DNA of 64,000 nt, taken from NCBI GenBank assembly GCA_902797145.1, contig CADBRR010000002.1:5203-69202 (forward strand), in the 5' to 3' direction. A program made the position numbers and the translations under genes. Shown here in pieces: positions 20,023 to 29,439 of this stretch. The notes below the pieces were generated by a model that made no database searches, was not told the DNA's origin, and saw only the letters and a list, made by a program, of their open reading frames with translations. The stretch comes from an uncultured Eubacteriales bacterium. GTDB lineage: Bacteria; Bacillota; Clostridia; Christensenellales; CAG-138. The first letter of the stretch is position 1; each line of letters begins with the position of its first letter.

Positions 20023-20703
20023 ATGGCGAAATATAGGCATGAACTAAAGTACTGGATAAGTTATTCAGACTATGTTGAGATACGAAATCGTCTTCGTTCA
20101 TTTATGAGTTTTGATATGAACTCTGACGAAAACGGAAGGTATCTTATTGCAAGCATATATTTTGATGATTACCTCGATACAGCACTTCGTGAAAAAATAG
20201 ATGGTGTAAAGTATAGGGAAAAATTCAGGATACGATATTATAATAACAATAAATCATATATCGTGCTTGAAAAAAAGGCAAAGGATGCGGATTTGTGTTT
20301 AAAGACTTCTGTAAGAATAACGGAAGAAGAATGTAACAGAATACTTTCCGGTGATGTTGAATGGCTTCAAGATAGCGGCAAAGACTTGCTTATTGAATTT
20401 TACCAGAGTATAAAGACAAGGCTGTTAAGACCTAAAACGATTGTATCGTATAAGAGGGAAGCATATGTTTATAAAGCCGGGAATGTAAGAATCACTTTCG
20501 ATAGCGATATAAGAAGCGGAGTGTATAACACGAACTTGCTTGATGACGATAAAAAACTTATGAGCGTTATACCTAAGGGCAATATGGTGCTTGAAGTTAA
20601 GTATGATGAGTATTTTCCGCAGATTATAAGCGACCTTGTACAGCATCCAAGCGTTAGAATAGGTGCATTTTCAAAGTATGCAGCGTGTAGAATGTTTGAA
20701 TGA
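20023..20703 (+). CDS. VTC-domain (polyphosphate polymerase-like, triphosphate tunnel metalloenzyme fold) protein
   Basis: 226 aa. The N-terminal YRHELKYWIS signature and overall pattern (IASIYFDD, FRIRYYN, LEKKAK, LEVKYD, FSKYAACR) are as in bacterial VTC/PF09359 proteins. Confidence 0.8.
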   Translation: MAKYRHELKYWISYSDYVEIRNRLRSFMSFDMNSDENGRYLIASIYFDDYLDTALREKIDGVKYREKFRIRYYNNNKSYIVLEKKAKDADLCLKTSVRITEEECNRILSGDVEWLQDSGKDLLIEFYQSIKTRLLRPKTIVSYKREAYVYKAGNVRITFDSDIRSGVYNTNLLDDDKKLMSVIPKGNMVLEVKYDEYFPQIISDLVQHPSVRIGAFSKYAACRMFE

Positions 20704-20728
20704 AAAAAAAGAAGGGTAGGTATTTACT

Positions 20729-21400
20729 ATGACATTCAATGATATTTTTAAATCGAGTTTTCTTGAGAGTATAACGGAGTTTTCTGTAACGGATATGGCA
20801 ATAGCGCTTGCGTTTTCGTGCGCTGTTGGGTTATTCATATATTTTGTGTATAAAAAGACTTTTCAGGGTGTAATGTATTCAGCAGGTTTTGCAATGACAC
20901 TTGTTGGACTTTCACTTGTAACAACACTTGTTATACTTGCAGTTACATCAAATGTGGTTCTTTCACTTGGTATGGTAGGCGCACTTTCAATCGTAAGGTT
21001 TAGGGCAGCAATAAAAGATCCTATGGAAATAGTGTTCTTGTTCTGGGCTATTGCAGTGGGTATAGTTATTGGCGCAGGTATGATACCTATTGCTGTTATA
21101 GGTAGCATTATTATAGGCATAATATTGCTTATCTTTGCAAACAGAAAGGTTTATACAAAACCATATGTACTTATCCTTAACTGCGATAACGAAAATGCTG
21201 AGAAAGAAGCTATGAATATCATTAAAGAAGAAACAAAGAGAAGCTGTGTTAAAACAAAAACTGTAACAGCTGACAACATCGAGCTTTCGCTTGAAGTTAG
21301 TATGAAAAATGCGGATACTGTATTTGTAAATAAGCTTCAGAAAATAAACGGAGTTAAAAGCGCAATGCTCGTAAGCTATAACGGAGAATATATGGCATAA
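20729..21400 (+). CDS. DUF4956-family membrane protein
   Basis: 223 aa, about 4 TM helices. Conserved core GALSIVRFRAAIKDPMEIVFLFWAIAVGI plus a soluble ~80-aa C-terminal domain. This family is commonly paired with VTC-domain genes. Confidence 0.75.
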   Translation: MTFNDIFKSSFLESITEFSVTDMAIALAFSCAVGLFIYFVYKKTFQGVMYSAGFAMTLVGLSLVTTLVILAVTSNVVLSLGMVGALSIVRFRAAIKDPMEIVFLFWAIAVGIVIGAGMIPIAVIGSIIIGIILLIFANRKVYTKPYVLILNCDNENAEKEAMNIIKEETKRSCVKTKTVTADNIELSLEVSMKNADTVFVNKLQKINGVKSAMLVSYNGEYMA

Positions 21401-21429
21401 ACAAATTTATATATTCAAAAACAGAAAAT

Positions 21430-21460
21430 TTACAATTATGTTACAACTTTGCGGTATAAT
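21430..21460 (+). promoter_or_regulatory. Candidate promoter/RR site of TCS-2: TTACAA direct repeats abutting a consensus -10
   Basis: TTACAATTATG TTACAACTTTG (11-bp period), then N8 after the proximal TTACAA, then TATAAT (21455-21460). Confidence 0.5.
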
Positions 21461-21481
21461 AGAAACAAGGTGGTGACATAA

Positions 21482-22135
21482 ATGATAAACATTCTTATAG
21501 TTGAAGATGAACAGGCAATAGCAAACCTTATATATATGAATTTAAGATATGCAGGTTATGCTTGCACGACTGTATATGACGGGATTGAAGCTGCCGATTT
21601 GCTTGAAAAGAATACGTATGACCTCATATTGCTCGACATAATGTTGCCGGGCATAGACGGCTATGAATTGCTTGAGTATGTAAGGCCGCTTAATATTCCC
21701 GTCATATTTATTACTGCAAAGGGTACGCTTGAAGATAGGGTTAAAGGGCTTAACCTTGGCGCAGATGATTATATAGTAAAGCCGTTTCAGGTGGCAGAAC
21801 TCGTTGCAAGGGTAGAAGCTGTTTTGAGGCGTTCTGGTAAAGTTAATACGGTTTTTTCATATTTCGGCGTTGAAGTCAATACGGATTCAAGAACCGTTAT
21901 AAAAGACGGCAAGGAAATTCAGTTTACTGCAAAGGAATTTGATTTGCTTGTTGAACTTTTAAGAAACAAGAATATTGCTCTATCACGCAGTAGACTTTAC
22001 GAGGCGGTGTGGAAAGAACCGTTTATTGGAGAAACAAGAACGCTCGATTCACATATACAGAGGTTAAGAAAGAAACTTGACTGGGAAGACCATATTAAAA
22101 CGGTTTTTAGAATTGGTTATAGGCTTGAAATATAG
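21482..22135 (+). CDS. OmpR/PhoB-family response regulator (TCS-2)
   Basis: 217 aa. Receiver domain (ILIVEDE, LILLDIMLPG, ITAK) plus winged helix (FRIGYRL); AAGGTGGTG RBS. Confidence 0.9.
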   Translation: MINILIVEDEQAIANLIYMNLRYAGYACTTVYDGIEAADLLEKNTYDLILLDIMLPGIDGYELLEYVRPLNIPVIFITAKGTLEDRVKGLNLGADDYIVKPFQVAELVARVEAVLRRSGKVNTVFSYFGVEVNTDSRTVIKDGKEIQFTAKEFDLLVELLRNKNIALSRSRLYEAVWKEPFIGETRTLDSHIQRLRKKLDWEDHIKTVFRIGYRLEI

Positions 22136-22146
22136 GAGGTAGACAG

Positions 22147-23583
22147 GTGAAGCTGTCACTAAAAATATTTGCTGTCACAACGGTTGTTATAATTGTTTCG
22201 CTCTCCTTGATGGGAATAATACTTATATCGGGAAGCTTTGATTATTCGGTAAACAGGGCTATTTCTAACGGAATAAGCGAGTATAACATTTTGCTCTATA
22301 CTTTGAGAACAGGCATGATAAGCATTTATGAGACGCAAGCACTTCAGGATTATCATATAGTTGGTATATCAAAGCAGATAGAGCTTGCACTTCCACAGGG
22401 AAGTGAGTTTGCGGTTATAGATAAATCTAATTATATTATATATTCAAGCCCCGATGCGAAAGAAAAAATGTTGTTCTCAGATATATTTTATATTACCAGT
22501 GAATCACCGATATATTATAATGTTAAAAAGCTGGAAGATAACGGTCATAATAGTTATTATCTTATTCTTTCATCATCTATGGATGAGTGCGGACGAAATC
22601 TCGTATTTGCAAAATCAATAGATATTACAAGTATCTTTGAAGAAAATTATAGAATGAGATATAGATTTACTATATTGTATGTAATAATGACGTTAATAAG
22701 CATAACTGTTATGCTGATACTTTCAGGCTATATTACACGACCGCTGAAAAGACTTGCCAAAAGCGCTAACTCCATATCAAGGGGCAGATATAATATGCGT
22801 ACTAACATTGATTCAGGTGATGAAATAGGTAAACTTTCAAAGAACTTTGATCATATGGCAGATAAAATTCAGGAAACGATAAATGAGCTTGAACGCAATG
22901 CAGCGCAGAAGGAAGCGTTTGTCGCAAATTTTGCCCATGAGCTTAAAACTCCACTCACATCTGTAATAGGTTATGCCGATATGATTTATCAGAATGAGAA
23001 TATGACTAACGAAGAAATAAAGACTTGCGCAGGATATATTTTGAGCGAGGGAATGAGGCTTGAATCGCTTTCGCTTAAATTGCTTGAACTTACAGTTCTT
23101 GAAAAACAGGATTTTATGCTTGAAAGAATGAATGCTGTCGATGTAATAAACGATATTGCGGATACTATAAAACCGCTTATGATGAAAAAAGATATTAGCT
23201 TTGCATATACAAGCGAACAAGCATATATATCGGTTGAAATAGATTTGTTTAAAACACTCGTGCTTAACCTGCTTGATAATGCTTCAAAAGCAGGCAGTAA
23301 GAATATAATACTGACAGGCAAGAAGTGTGATGAAAGTTACGTTATTTCAATAAAAGATGATGGATGCGGAATATCAAAAGAACATATAGAAAGGATAACA
23401 GAACCTTTTTATATGGTTGATAAATCTCGCTCAAGGAAACAAAACGGTGCAGGGCTTGGACTTTCAATCGCTGCAAGGATTTGTGAAATTCACGATACAA
23501 AGCTCGTTTACGATAGCGAGGAAGGAAAAGGCACTACTGTTTCAGTAAGCTTGAATGTTGTGGAGGATTATTATGAAGAGTAG
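22147..23583 (+). CDS. Sensor histidine kinase with HAMP domain (TCS-2)
   Basis: 478 aa. GTG start 7 nt after AGGAGG. Two TM helices flank a ~150-aa external domain. HAMP domain, H-box (AHELKTPLTSV), ATPase boxes (DNASKAG, DDGCGI, GLGLSIA). Confidence 0.85.
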   Translation: MKLSLKIFAVTTVVIIVSLSLMGIILISGSFDYSVNRAISNGISEYNILLYTLRTGMISIYETQALQDYHIVGISKQIELALPQGSEFAVIDKSNYIIYSSPDAKEKMLFSDIFYITSESPIYYNVKKLEDNGHNSYYLILSSSMDECGRNLVFAKSIDITSIFEENYRMRYRFTILYVIMTLISITVMLILSGYITRPLKRLAKSANSISRGRYNMRTNIDSGDEIGKLSKNFDHMADKIQETINELERNAAQKEAFVANFAHELKTPLTSVIGYADMIYQNENMTNEEIKTCAGYILSEGMRLESLSLKLLELTVLEKQDFMLERMNAVDVINDIADTIKPLMMKKDISFAYTSEQAYISVEIDLFKTLVLNLLDNASKAGSKNIILTGKKCDESYVISIKDDGCGISKEHIERITEPFYMVDKSRSRKQNGAGLGLSIAARICEIHDTKLVYDSEEGKGTTVSVSLNVVEDYYEE

Positions 23584-24403
23584 AATTTCAAAAGATGATA
23601 TTTTTATAATCATAATAATTATTTTTATAATTATCGGACTGTTTATGCCGACAGTTATTTTCTCTATTAAAGAGCAGAATCTCTATAAGCAGAGCAGTAC
23701 AGCAGATATTGCAGGCGCATCTGCAATGACGCTTAAAGATATTAAAGAAGATAAAGATTTGATGATGAAATTGTACGCAATAAGTGATATAAAATTGCTT
23801 ACTATTCCAAGAAAGTCGTATGCAAGCTATACGAGCAAGGAACAACTTGATTATATATTTAATAGGGAGCTTGCAAGGTTTATGGAAACAGGCTTGCTCG
23901 ATGGAATAGGTAATGTTTTAACATATGCAAAACGAGAAAAAACACTTGTGGTGGCGGATGCATTCGGTGTGCAGTTTGGCTTCTGGGATTATAAAGCCTC
24001 AAATACGAACGGAGATTCTATAAGGGCAATACTTGATGATAAAACAGGTAAAATATTGAGAATAAGTACATATAATGTCGAAGAAGTTCCTCTTGAAGAA
24101 AAAAATGATATGTATGATAAAAAATATACTATGCTTATGAATTGTGCAGAGTATGCAAGAAAATTTGCTGAATACCTGAACTTTGAAATATTGTATAACG
24201 AAAGCTATACGTATAGTATTCATGATGAAACAATGAGCATGGAATTTAAAAACTGTATGTTTTACATGACTATTGGCGATGAAAAATATGACATTTCATG
24301 CCATTTTGAGCCAACAGAATACACAATATCGAACATTTTAAAGGAAGATGAAAGATACGAATATAATGGTAGTTTTGTAAGCAGTGAGATAGAAAAACCG
24401 TAA
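23573..24403 (+). CDS. Single-pass membrane protein of unknown function, translationally coupled to the TCS-2 kinase
   Basis: ATG 23573 lies 5 nt after GGAGGA and overlaps the kinase stop (23581-23583). N-terminal TM helix (IFIIIIIIFIIIGLFMPTVIF). The external domain contains a PepSY-like stretch (RAILDDKTGKILRIS). Confidence 0.6.
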   Translation: MKSRISKDDIFIIIIIIFIIIGLFMPTVIFSIKEQNLYKQSSTADIAGASAMTLKDIKEDKDLMMKLYAISDIKLLTIPRKSYASYTSKEQLDYIFNRELARFMETGLLDGIGNVLTYAKREKTLVVADAFGVQFGFWDYKASNTNGDSIRAILDDKTGKILRISTYNVEEVPLEEKNDMYDKKYTMLMNCAEYARKFAEYLNFEILYNESYTYSIHDETMSMEFKNCMFYMTIGDEKYDISCHFEPTEYTISNILKEDERYEYNGSFVSSEIEKP

Positions 24404-24422
24404 TAAAAATTTTGAAAGTATT

Positions 24423-24464
24423 TTACAAGTAAATAACATAATCCGTACAAGCCTCTTTTATAAT
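24423..24464 (+). promoter_or_regulatory. Candidate promoter of the VanY-like gene with TTACAA/GTACAA elements
   Basis: TTACAA (24423-24428) and GTACAA (24445-24450) lie 22 bp apart. The proximal element is followed by N8 and then TATAAT (24459-24464), the same geometry as at 21441-21460. Confidence 0.45.
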
Positions 24465-24496
24465 CTAAATTAGGGAATATAAAGGAGGCATAAGTT

Positions 24497-25306
24497 TTGA
24501 AGAAAAATGAATTAAAAGCGGTTATAAGATATATGCTTGCAGCAATAGTTGTTCTTATTGCAGTTATCGTTTTTTTATCAGTAAAATTAAAGAAAACAAA
24601 AGCTGATGCTGAAAATGTTAAAATAGTATATAATGAATCTATACCAACTCAAACAATTGAAAAAGCAGAACCAACTCCAATTATAACTGATTATGAAATA
24701 AATACTGAACCAGATGACGATACCGATTATTTGCAGCTTGTAAATCTTGAAAACTATATATATGAACTTCCGGATAACCTTGATCTTGTAGAACGTTATA
24801 TTGATGATGACCTTGCAGAATATGGAAACAGCGAAATACTTTTAAATACAGAGGTAATAAATGAGCTAAAAGATATGCTTGAAGATGCAAAAGCTCAGGG
24901 TATACCTAAATATATAATTAACAGCGGATTCCGTTCCATAAGGAATCAGACAAGGTTGTGGAATAATAGGAAAGAGTCAGACCCGAACTATGGCAAACAA
25001 CCTTATGAGAACCCACTAAAATGTATGCCACCTAACAGCAGTGAACATTCAACAGGGCTTGCAGTTGATATTTTGAACACAAGTTATAGAGAAGCAAATG
25101 ATGGATATGGTGATACTTTAGCAGGAAAATGGATGTATCAGAATGCTTATAAATATGGATTTATTCTTAGATATCCAGAGAATAAAACGCATATAACGGG
25201 GGTTATGTATGAGCCATGGCATTATAGATATGTTGGAAAAGAAGTCGCAAAAGAAATATATGAAAGAGAAATTTGCCTCGAAGAATACTTAAATAAAACA
25301 CCATAA
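24497..25306 (+). CDS. VanY-family D-alanyl-D-alanine carboxypeptidase (peptidase M15B), membrane anchored
   Basis: 269 aa. TTG start 8 nt after AAAGGAGG. N-terminal TM helix. Zn-ligand motifs SEHSTGLAVDI and EPWHYRYVG. Confidence 0.85.
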   Translation: MKKNELKAVIRYMLAAIVVLIAVIVFLSVKLKKTKADAENVKIVYNESIPTQTIEKAEPTPIITDYEINTEPDDDTDYLQLVNLENYIYELPDNLDLVERYIDDDLAEYGNSEILLNTEVINELKDMLEDAKAQGIPKYIINSGFRSIRNQTRLWNNRKESDPNYGKQPYENPLKCMPPNSSEHSTGLAVDILNTSYREANDGYGDTLAGKWMYQNAYKYGFILRYPENKTHITGVMYEPWHYRYVGKEVAKEIYEREICLEEYLNKTP

Positions 25307-25312
25307 ACAAAG

Positions 25313-25336
25313 CGGAAGTTCAATCTTCCGTTTTTT
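25313..25336 (+). terminator. Rho-independent terminator
   Basis: cggaag-ttcaat-cttccg followed by TTTTTT. Confidence 0.7.
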
Positions 25337-25405
25337 GTCGTTCTTGTATTGAATATTAGGCTGAATTGATGTATAATAAAATAAAGATTTCAGGGGTACG
25401 GAAAA

Positions 25406-25900
25406 ATGGAAATAGTTGACATTTATGATGAAAATTGTCTTAGAACAGGGAAGACAATGCAGCGAAATAAAAGAATACAATCGGGCGAATATATTCTTGT
25501 TGTGCATATTTTACTTGAAAACAAACAGGGCAAGTTCTTGATACAAAAACGCTCACGAAATAAAAAAGTTTTTCCGGGACTGTGGGAAATAACAGGCGGT
25601 TCTGTAAAAAGTGGCGAAGAAAGTAAAGATGCTGTAAAGCGTGAAACATTCGAAGAAGTGGGCATTAAGCTTGAAGATAATGAGCTTGAGCTTATTGGTA
25701 GGCTAAGGCGCAACAAGAGCTTTGTTGATGTGTATCATGCAAGCGCAGATTTTACAAAGGATGACTGTATACTTCAAAAAGAGGAAGTTGATGATATAAA
25801 ACTTATATCAAAAGATGAAATGCTAAATATGATAAGAGGCGCAGGTCATCGTGATGAAAAATATAAAAGAATGATTGAAGAATATTTATTAAAAAAATAA
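25406..25900 (+). CDS. NUDIX hydrolase
   Basis: 164 aa. Nudix box GGSVKSGEESKDAVKRETFEEVGI. Confidence 0.85.
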   Translation: MEIVDIYDENCLRTGKTMQRNKRIQSGEYILVVHILLENKQGKFLIQKRSRNKKVFPGLWEITGGSVKSGEESKDAVKRETFEEVGIKLEDNELELIGRLRRNKSFVDVYHASADFTKDDCILQKEEVDDIKLISKDEMLNMIRGAGHRDEKYKRMIEEYLLKK

Positions 25901-25931
25901 GCTTCCGCCAAGAATGCGGAAGCAATTTTTT
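25901..25931. terminator. Bidirectional intrinsic terminator (NUDIX gene / hup)
   Basis: gcttccgc-caagaat-gcggaagc is a perfect 8-bp stem flanked by an A-run upstream and a T-run downstream. Confidence 0.75.
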
Positions 25932-25949
25932 AATAAAATATCTTAGACC

Positions 25950-26222
25950 TTAGTTGAGTGCGTTCTTGAATCCCTGACCAGCCTTGAAAGCAGGAGCTTT
26001 TGAAGCGGGGATTGTGATTTCTGCGCCTGTTGAGGGGTTGTGACCTGTATGAGCTGCACGTTCACGAACTTCAAATGTGCCGAAGCCTACGAGCTGAACC
26101 TTTTCGCCCTTTGCAAGAGTTTCAGTAATTGTTTCAAAAACTGCTGATACTGCAACTTCTGCATCCTTCTTCTTCATACCACACTTTTCTGCAACTGCAT
26201 TAACTAATTCTGCCTTTTTCAT
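25950..26222 (-). CDS. hup: HU-family DNA-binding protein
   Basis: 90 aa: [13 protein letters not shown]...[37 protein letters not shown]. Confidence 0.95.
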   Translation of the reverse strand: MKKAELVNAVAEKCGMKKKDAEVAVSAVFETITETLAKGEKVQLVGFGTFEVRERAAHTGHNPSTGAEITIPASKAPAFKAGQGFKNALN

Positions 26223-26281
26223 TTCAAAAATCCTCCAATGTTAAATTATTATGAAAGTATTATTTATATTCAACAAGCATT

Positions 26282-26310
26282 ATTTTAACAGCCTTTTTGT
26301 TAGATATCAA
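26282..26310 (-). promoter_or_regulatory. Candidate sigma-A promoter for hup
   Basis: Minus strand: TTGATA - 17 nt - TAAAAT. Confidence 0.45.
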
Positions 26311-26371
26311 GTGTTTTTTATATATATTTTAAAAAATTTGCAAAAATATATAATTTTTATCTAAATTATTA

Positions 26372-27814
26372 TTATTTATTATGCTTTATGCTGTTCCAGT
26401 ACATATCAAGCTCATTTATAGATAGCTTTTCAAGCGATTTTCCATCAGAAATAACACTGTTTTCGAGCTTTTCAAATCTTGATATAAACTTGTCCGTTGC
26501 CTCTGATAATAGAAGCTCAGACTTAAATCCTGCAAGCCTTGCGGTATTAACGCACGCAAACAAAAGGTCGCCAAGCTCTTCTTCTATGTTGCCGTTTCCT
26601 TCAAGGGCTGATTTTACTTCATCCGCTTCTTCATAAACCTTTGAAAGCGATTCTTTTGCATCGGGGAAATCAAATCCAACCTTTGCAGCCTTTTTCTGTA
26701 CCTTATGACTTCTTAAAAGGGCAGGGAAGCATTCAGGTACTGAGCGCATTGCCTCCGTAATTGTTTCCTGATGCTTTTCTTTCATTTTTAGTTCTTCCCA
26801 ACTTGCAAGAACTTCCTGTGAGCTATTAAGCTTTATATTCGAGAATACATGGGGATGCCTGTATATCATTTTGCTGACTATACCTGTTGTAACATCCATC
26901 ATATTGAACTCGCAAAGCTCGTTTTCAATTACTGTATGGAAAACTATATGCAAAAGTAAATCGCCAAGCTCCTCACAAAGAGAATCGACATCTTGCTTTT
27001 TTATTGCGTCAATAACCTCGTACGCTTCTTCAATTAGCGAGTCGATTAATGACTCGTGTGTTTGCTCTCTGTCCCAAGGACAACCGTCCGGAGCTCTTAA
27101 ACGGTTTATTAAATATATAAGATCGTCAAAGTCGTAACGACTAATTTCATCAAATGAAATAGCTGGTACTAAAAGTACCGATGAAGCGAAATAACCATAT
27201 GACCCCATAAGCCTGTCAAGCTCATAAAGTTTTATAGTGTGTGAAGAATAAATCCCATTTTCATCTGTTGTGCAGTAAATAACTTCGTATTCTGACGGAT
27301 AGTATTCTTCAAGCATAAGTTTAACTTCGCTCGCACGCATAAGTGTATCAATCTCTTCAATGCACAAAAGCTTTTTTCTATCGAACTTTTCAGTGAGATC
27401 GCTTGCCGAAATAATTGTATAAGGCTGAGATAGCGAAATGTTTGCAGTAGCGCAGGCAGATTCAGCGTAGCCTGTTGACGGAAGCGTAATAAGCTCTATG
27501 CCTTTTTTAACGCATTCAGCTTTTATAGCATCGTATTGAGCTTTGCCAATACCACGACCCGGTACGGCATATACGCAATCACAAGTTGTTTCTTTTGTGA
27601 GCCTTTCCGCTATTGATGCGTTAAGCTCGTCAAAATCCTCTGATGATTCAAATAAGTCGTCCATGTCAGTAAATTTAAGATTATTTTCGATAATAAACTT
27701 GCTGCTCGGATGAAGCTTTGTCTGCAAAAACAAGTTATTTGAATTAATTATTTTATCATATGATATTTTAGTAATGTTCCCTGAAACAGAGAGCGGTGCT
27801 ATTGTTAAATTCAT
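26372..27814 (-). CDS. mazG: YabN-like bifunctional protein: tetrapyrrole-methylase-like N-domain plus MazG NTP pyrophosphohydrolase
   Basis: 480 aa. Tandem MazG repeats (CPWDREQTHESL...EEAYEV...ELGDLLLHIVF and EEADEV...ELGDLLFACVN); AAGGAG RBS. Confidence 0.85.
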   Translation of the reverse strand: MNLTIAPLSVSGNITKISYDKIINSNNLFLQTKLHPSSKFIIENNLKFTDMDDLFESSEDFDELNASIAERLTKETTCDCVYAVPGRGIGKAQYDAIKAECVKKGIELITLPSTGYAESACATANISLSQPYTIISASDLTEKFDRKKLLCIEEIDTLMRASEVKLMLEEYYPSEYEVIYCTTDENGIYSSHTIKLYELDRLMGSYGYFASSVLLVPAISFDEISRYDFDDLIYLINRLRAPDGCPWDREQTHESLIDSLIEEAYEVIDAIKKQDVDSLCEELGDLLLHIVFHTVIENELCEFNMMDVTTGIVSKMIYRHPHVFSNIKLNSSQEVLASWEELKMKEKHQETITEAMRSVPECFPALLRSHKVQKKAAKVGFDFPDAKESLSKVYEEADEVKSALEGNGNIEEELGDLLFACVNTARLAGFKSELLLSEATDKFISRFEKLENSVISDGKSLEKLSINELDMYWNSIKHNK

Positions 27815-27819
27815 TTGTA

Positions 27820-29439
27820 TTATCTCCTTGTAGATTCATTTTTGTACATCAAACGCTTGATTCTTCCGCCACCGGGCATATAGTCAAGTTCATTTTTGCT
27901 CATCATCTTTAATGCAAAGAACAAAATAGCATATACTATTATTCCTACAGCGATAGCTATGAATGTTGCAACAGTAATATGCCCTGTACTGCTCAAAAGC
28001 TTGTAAATAAGGCTAACTATAACGCCCATTATAAGCGAAGCAATTGTTGGCTTTATAAAAACATCGTAAATATTGATTTTTAGGTGTGCAAACCTTATTA
28101 CGCATACTGTATCCATAATTCCGGAAGCCGCATAACATACAACAGTTGAAATTGCTGCGCCTTGAATGTTTACTGATGGTATTCTCATAAGCGTTAGCAT
28201 TGTTATTACTTTGAGTATTGCGCCAAAGGCAAGATTCAATACAGGTACACGTGGCTTTCCAAGCCCTTGAATAATGCCCGTCTGCGCCTGAACGAGCGAT
28301 AGGAATATAACGCCAATCGAGGCGGTGTGCATAAGGTCTTGCGCAAGGTTTAACTGAGCATCTGTAAGCCTTGTGAAGAGTAGCCCTATAATAGGTCTTC
28401 CCATAACAAAAAGTCCGACAGCGCATGGAAGCCCAATGATAAGCGCAAGCTTCATACCCATCCTTGAAGCGATTTTAACGCCTTTTATGTCGTTTGTAGC
28501 CTTATGTGATGATATAGCAGGAACAAGGCTCATAGCAAGTGCAACTGTTAATACAGCAGGTATGTTTATAAGCGGATTGACGTTTGTTCTCAAAATTGAG
28601 AACGCAGCCTTTGCTGTATCGAGTGAATGCCCTGAATTAACGAGAATATTTATGATAGAAGAAGAATCGATAATTCCACCAAGTGGCATGATAGAAGCAC
28701 CGATAGTTATGGGAACAGCAGTTGATATAAGCGTTCTCATAATAGAAGATGATGTCTTATATCTTGATTTTACTGCGTATGAATCAATCCCGTTAAATAA
28801 TTTGTTTCTATGCTTGAGATAGAACACAATTATAGCTATAAGTGCAATAACCTCAGAAATCATAACTCCGAGCAATGCGCCCATCGCAGCATATTCGCTT
28901 TTGCCTGTTGCCTGCATGAAATAATTTGCAAGAACGATTCCTGCACCGAGTTTTACTACCTGTTCAATAACCTGAGAAACGGCAGTTCCCGTCATAAGCT
29001 GTAAGCCTTGAAGATATCCTCTGTATGCGCATATCATGGATACGAAGAAAAGCGCAGGTGCAAGCGCCCTGAATGAAAGAGACGCTTCACTCAAGCCTGT
29101 CATATTTGCAAGTGGCTGGGCAAGCACGAACATAATAAGCGATGTCAAAATTCCAATAAAGAACAGCAGTTTTCGTGCTGATTTGAACACCGCTTTAGCT
29201 CCGTTTGTATCGTTTAGAGAAACTCGCTCTGCAACCATCTTTGAAATAGCTGTCGGAAGACCTGATGATGATATAACAAGCAACCAGTTATAGTAGGGGA
29301 AAACTACTTCATAATAGCTCATGCCTTCAACACCGACAATGTTTGCAAGCGGTATTCTATAGAATACGCCTATGAATTTTACTATAAGTCCTGCGATGCC
29401 GAGAATAGCAGCACCTTTAACGAAAGATTTCTTTGCCAT
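27820..29439 (-). CDS. MOP-superfamily polysaccharide/lipid II flippase (SpoVB/YabM/MurJ-like)
   Basis: About 14 TM helices with an N-terminus (MAKKSFVKGAAILGIAGLIVKFIGVFYRIPLANI) typical of SpoVB/MurJ-like proteins. The start is set to ATG 29439 (AGGAG RBS), not the ORF-track start at 29505. Confidence 0.8.
   Translation of the reverse strand: MAKKSFVKGAAILGIAGLIVKFIGVFYRIPLANIVGVEGMSYYEVVFPYYNWLLVISSSGLPTAISKMVAERVSLNDTNGAKAVFKSARKLLFFIGILTSLIMFVLAQPLANMTGLSEASLSFRALAPALFFVSMICAYRGYLQGLQLMTGTAVSQVIEQVVKLGAGIVLANYFMQATGKSEYAAMGALLGVMISEVIALIAIIVFYLKHRNKLFNGIDSYAVKSRYKTSSSIMRTLISTAVPITIGASIMPLGGIIDSSSIINILVNSGHSLDTAKAAFSILRTNVNPLINIPAVLTVALAMSLVPAISSHKATNDIKGVKIASRMGMKLALIIGLPCAVGLFVMGRPIIGLLFTRLTDAQLNLAQDLMHTASIGVIFLSLVQAQTGIIQGLGKPRVPVLNLAFGAILKVITMLTLMRIPSVNIQGAAISTVVCYAASGIMDTVCVIRFAHLKINIYDVFIKPTIASLIMGVIVSLIYKLLSSTGHITVATFIAIAVGIIVYAILFFALKMMSKNELDYMPGGGRIKRLMYKNESTRR

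Noticed and set aside
25319-25327. TTCAATCTT, the same 9-mer as the TCS-1 repeat unit, in the loop and stem of the VanY-gene terminator.
   Set aside because: It is a single copy embedded in a terminator hairpin with no second repeat 11 bp away. This is most likely chance in an AT-rich genome.
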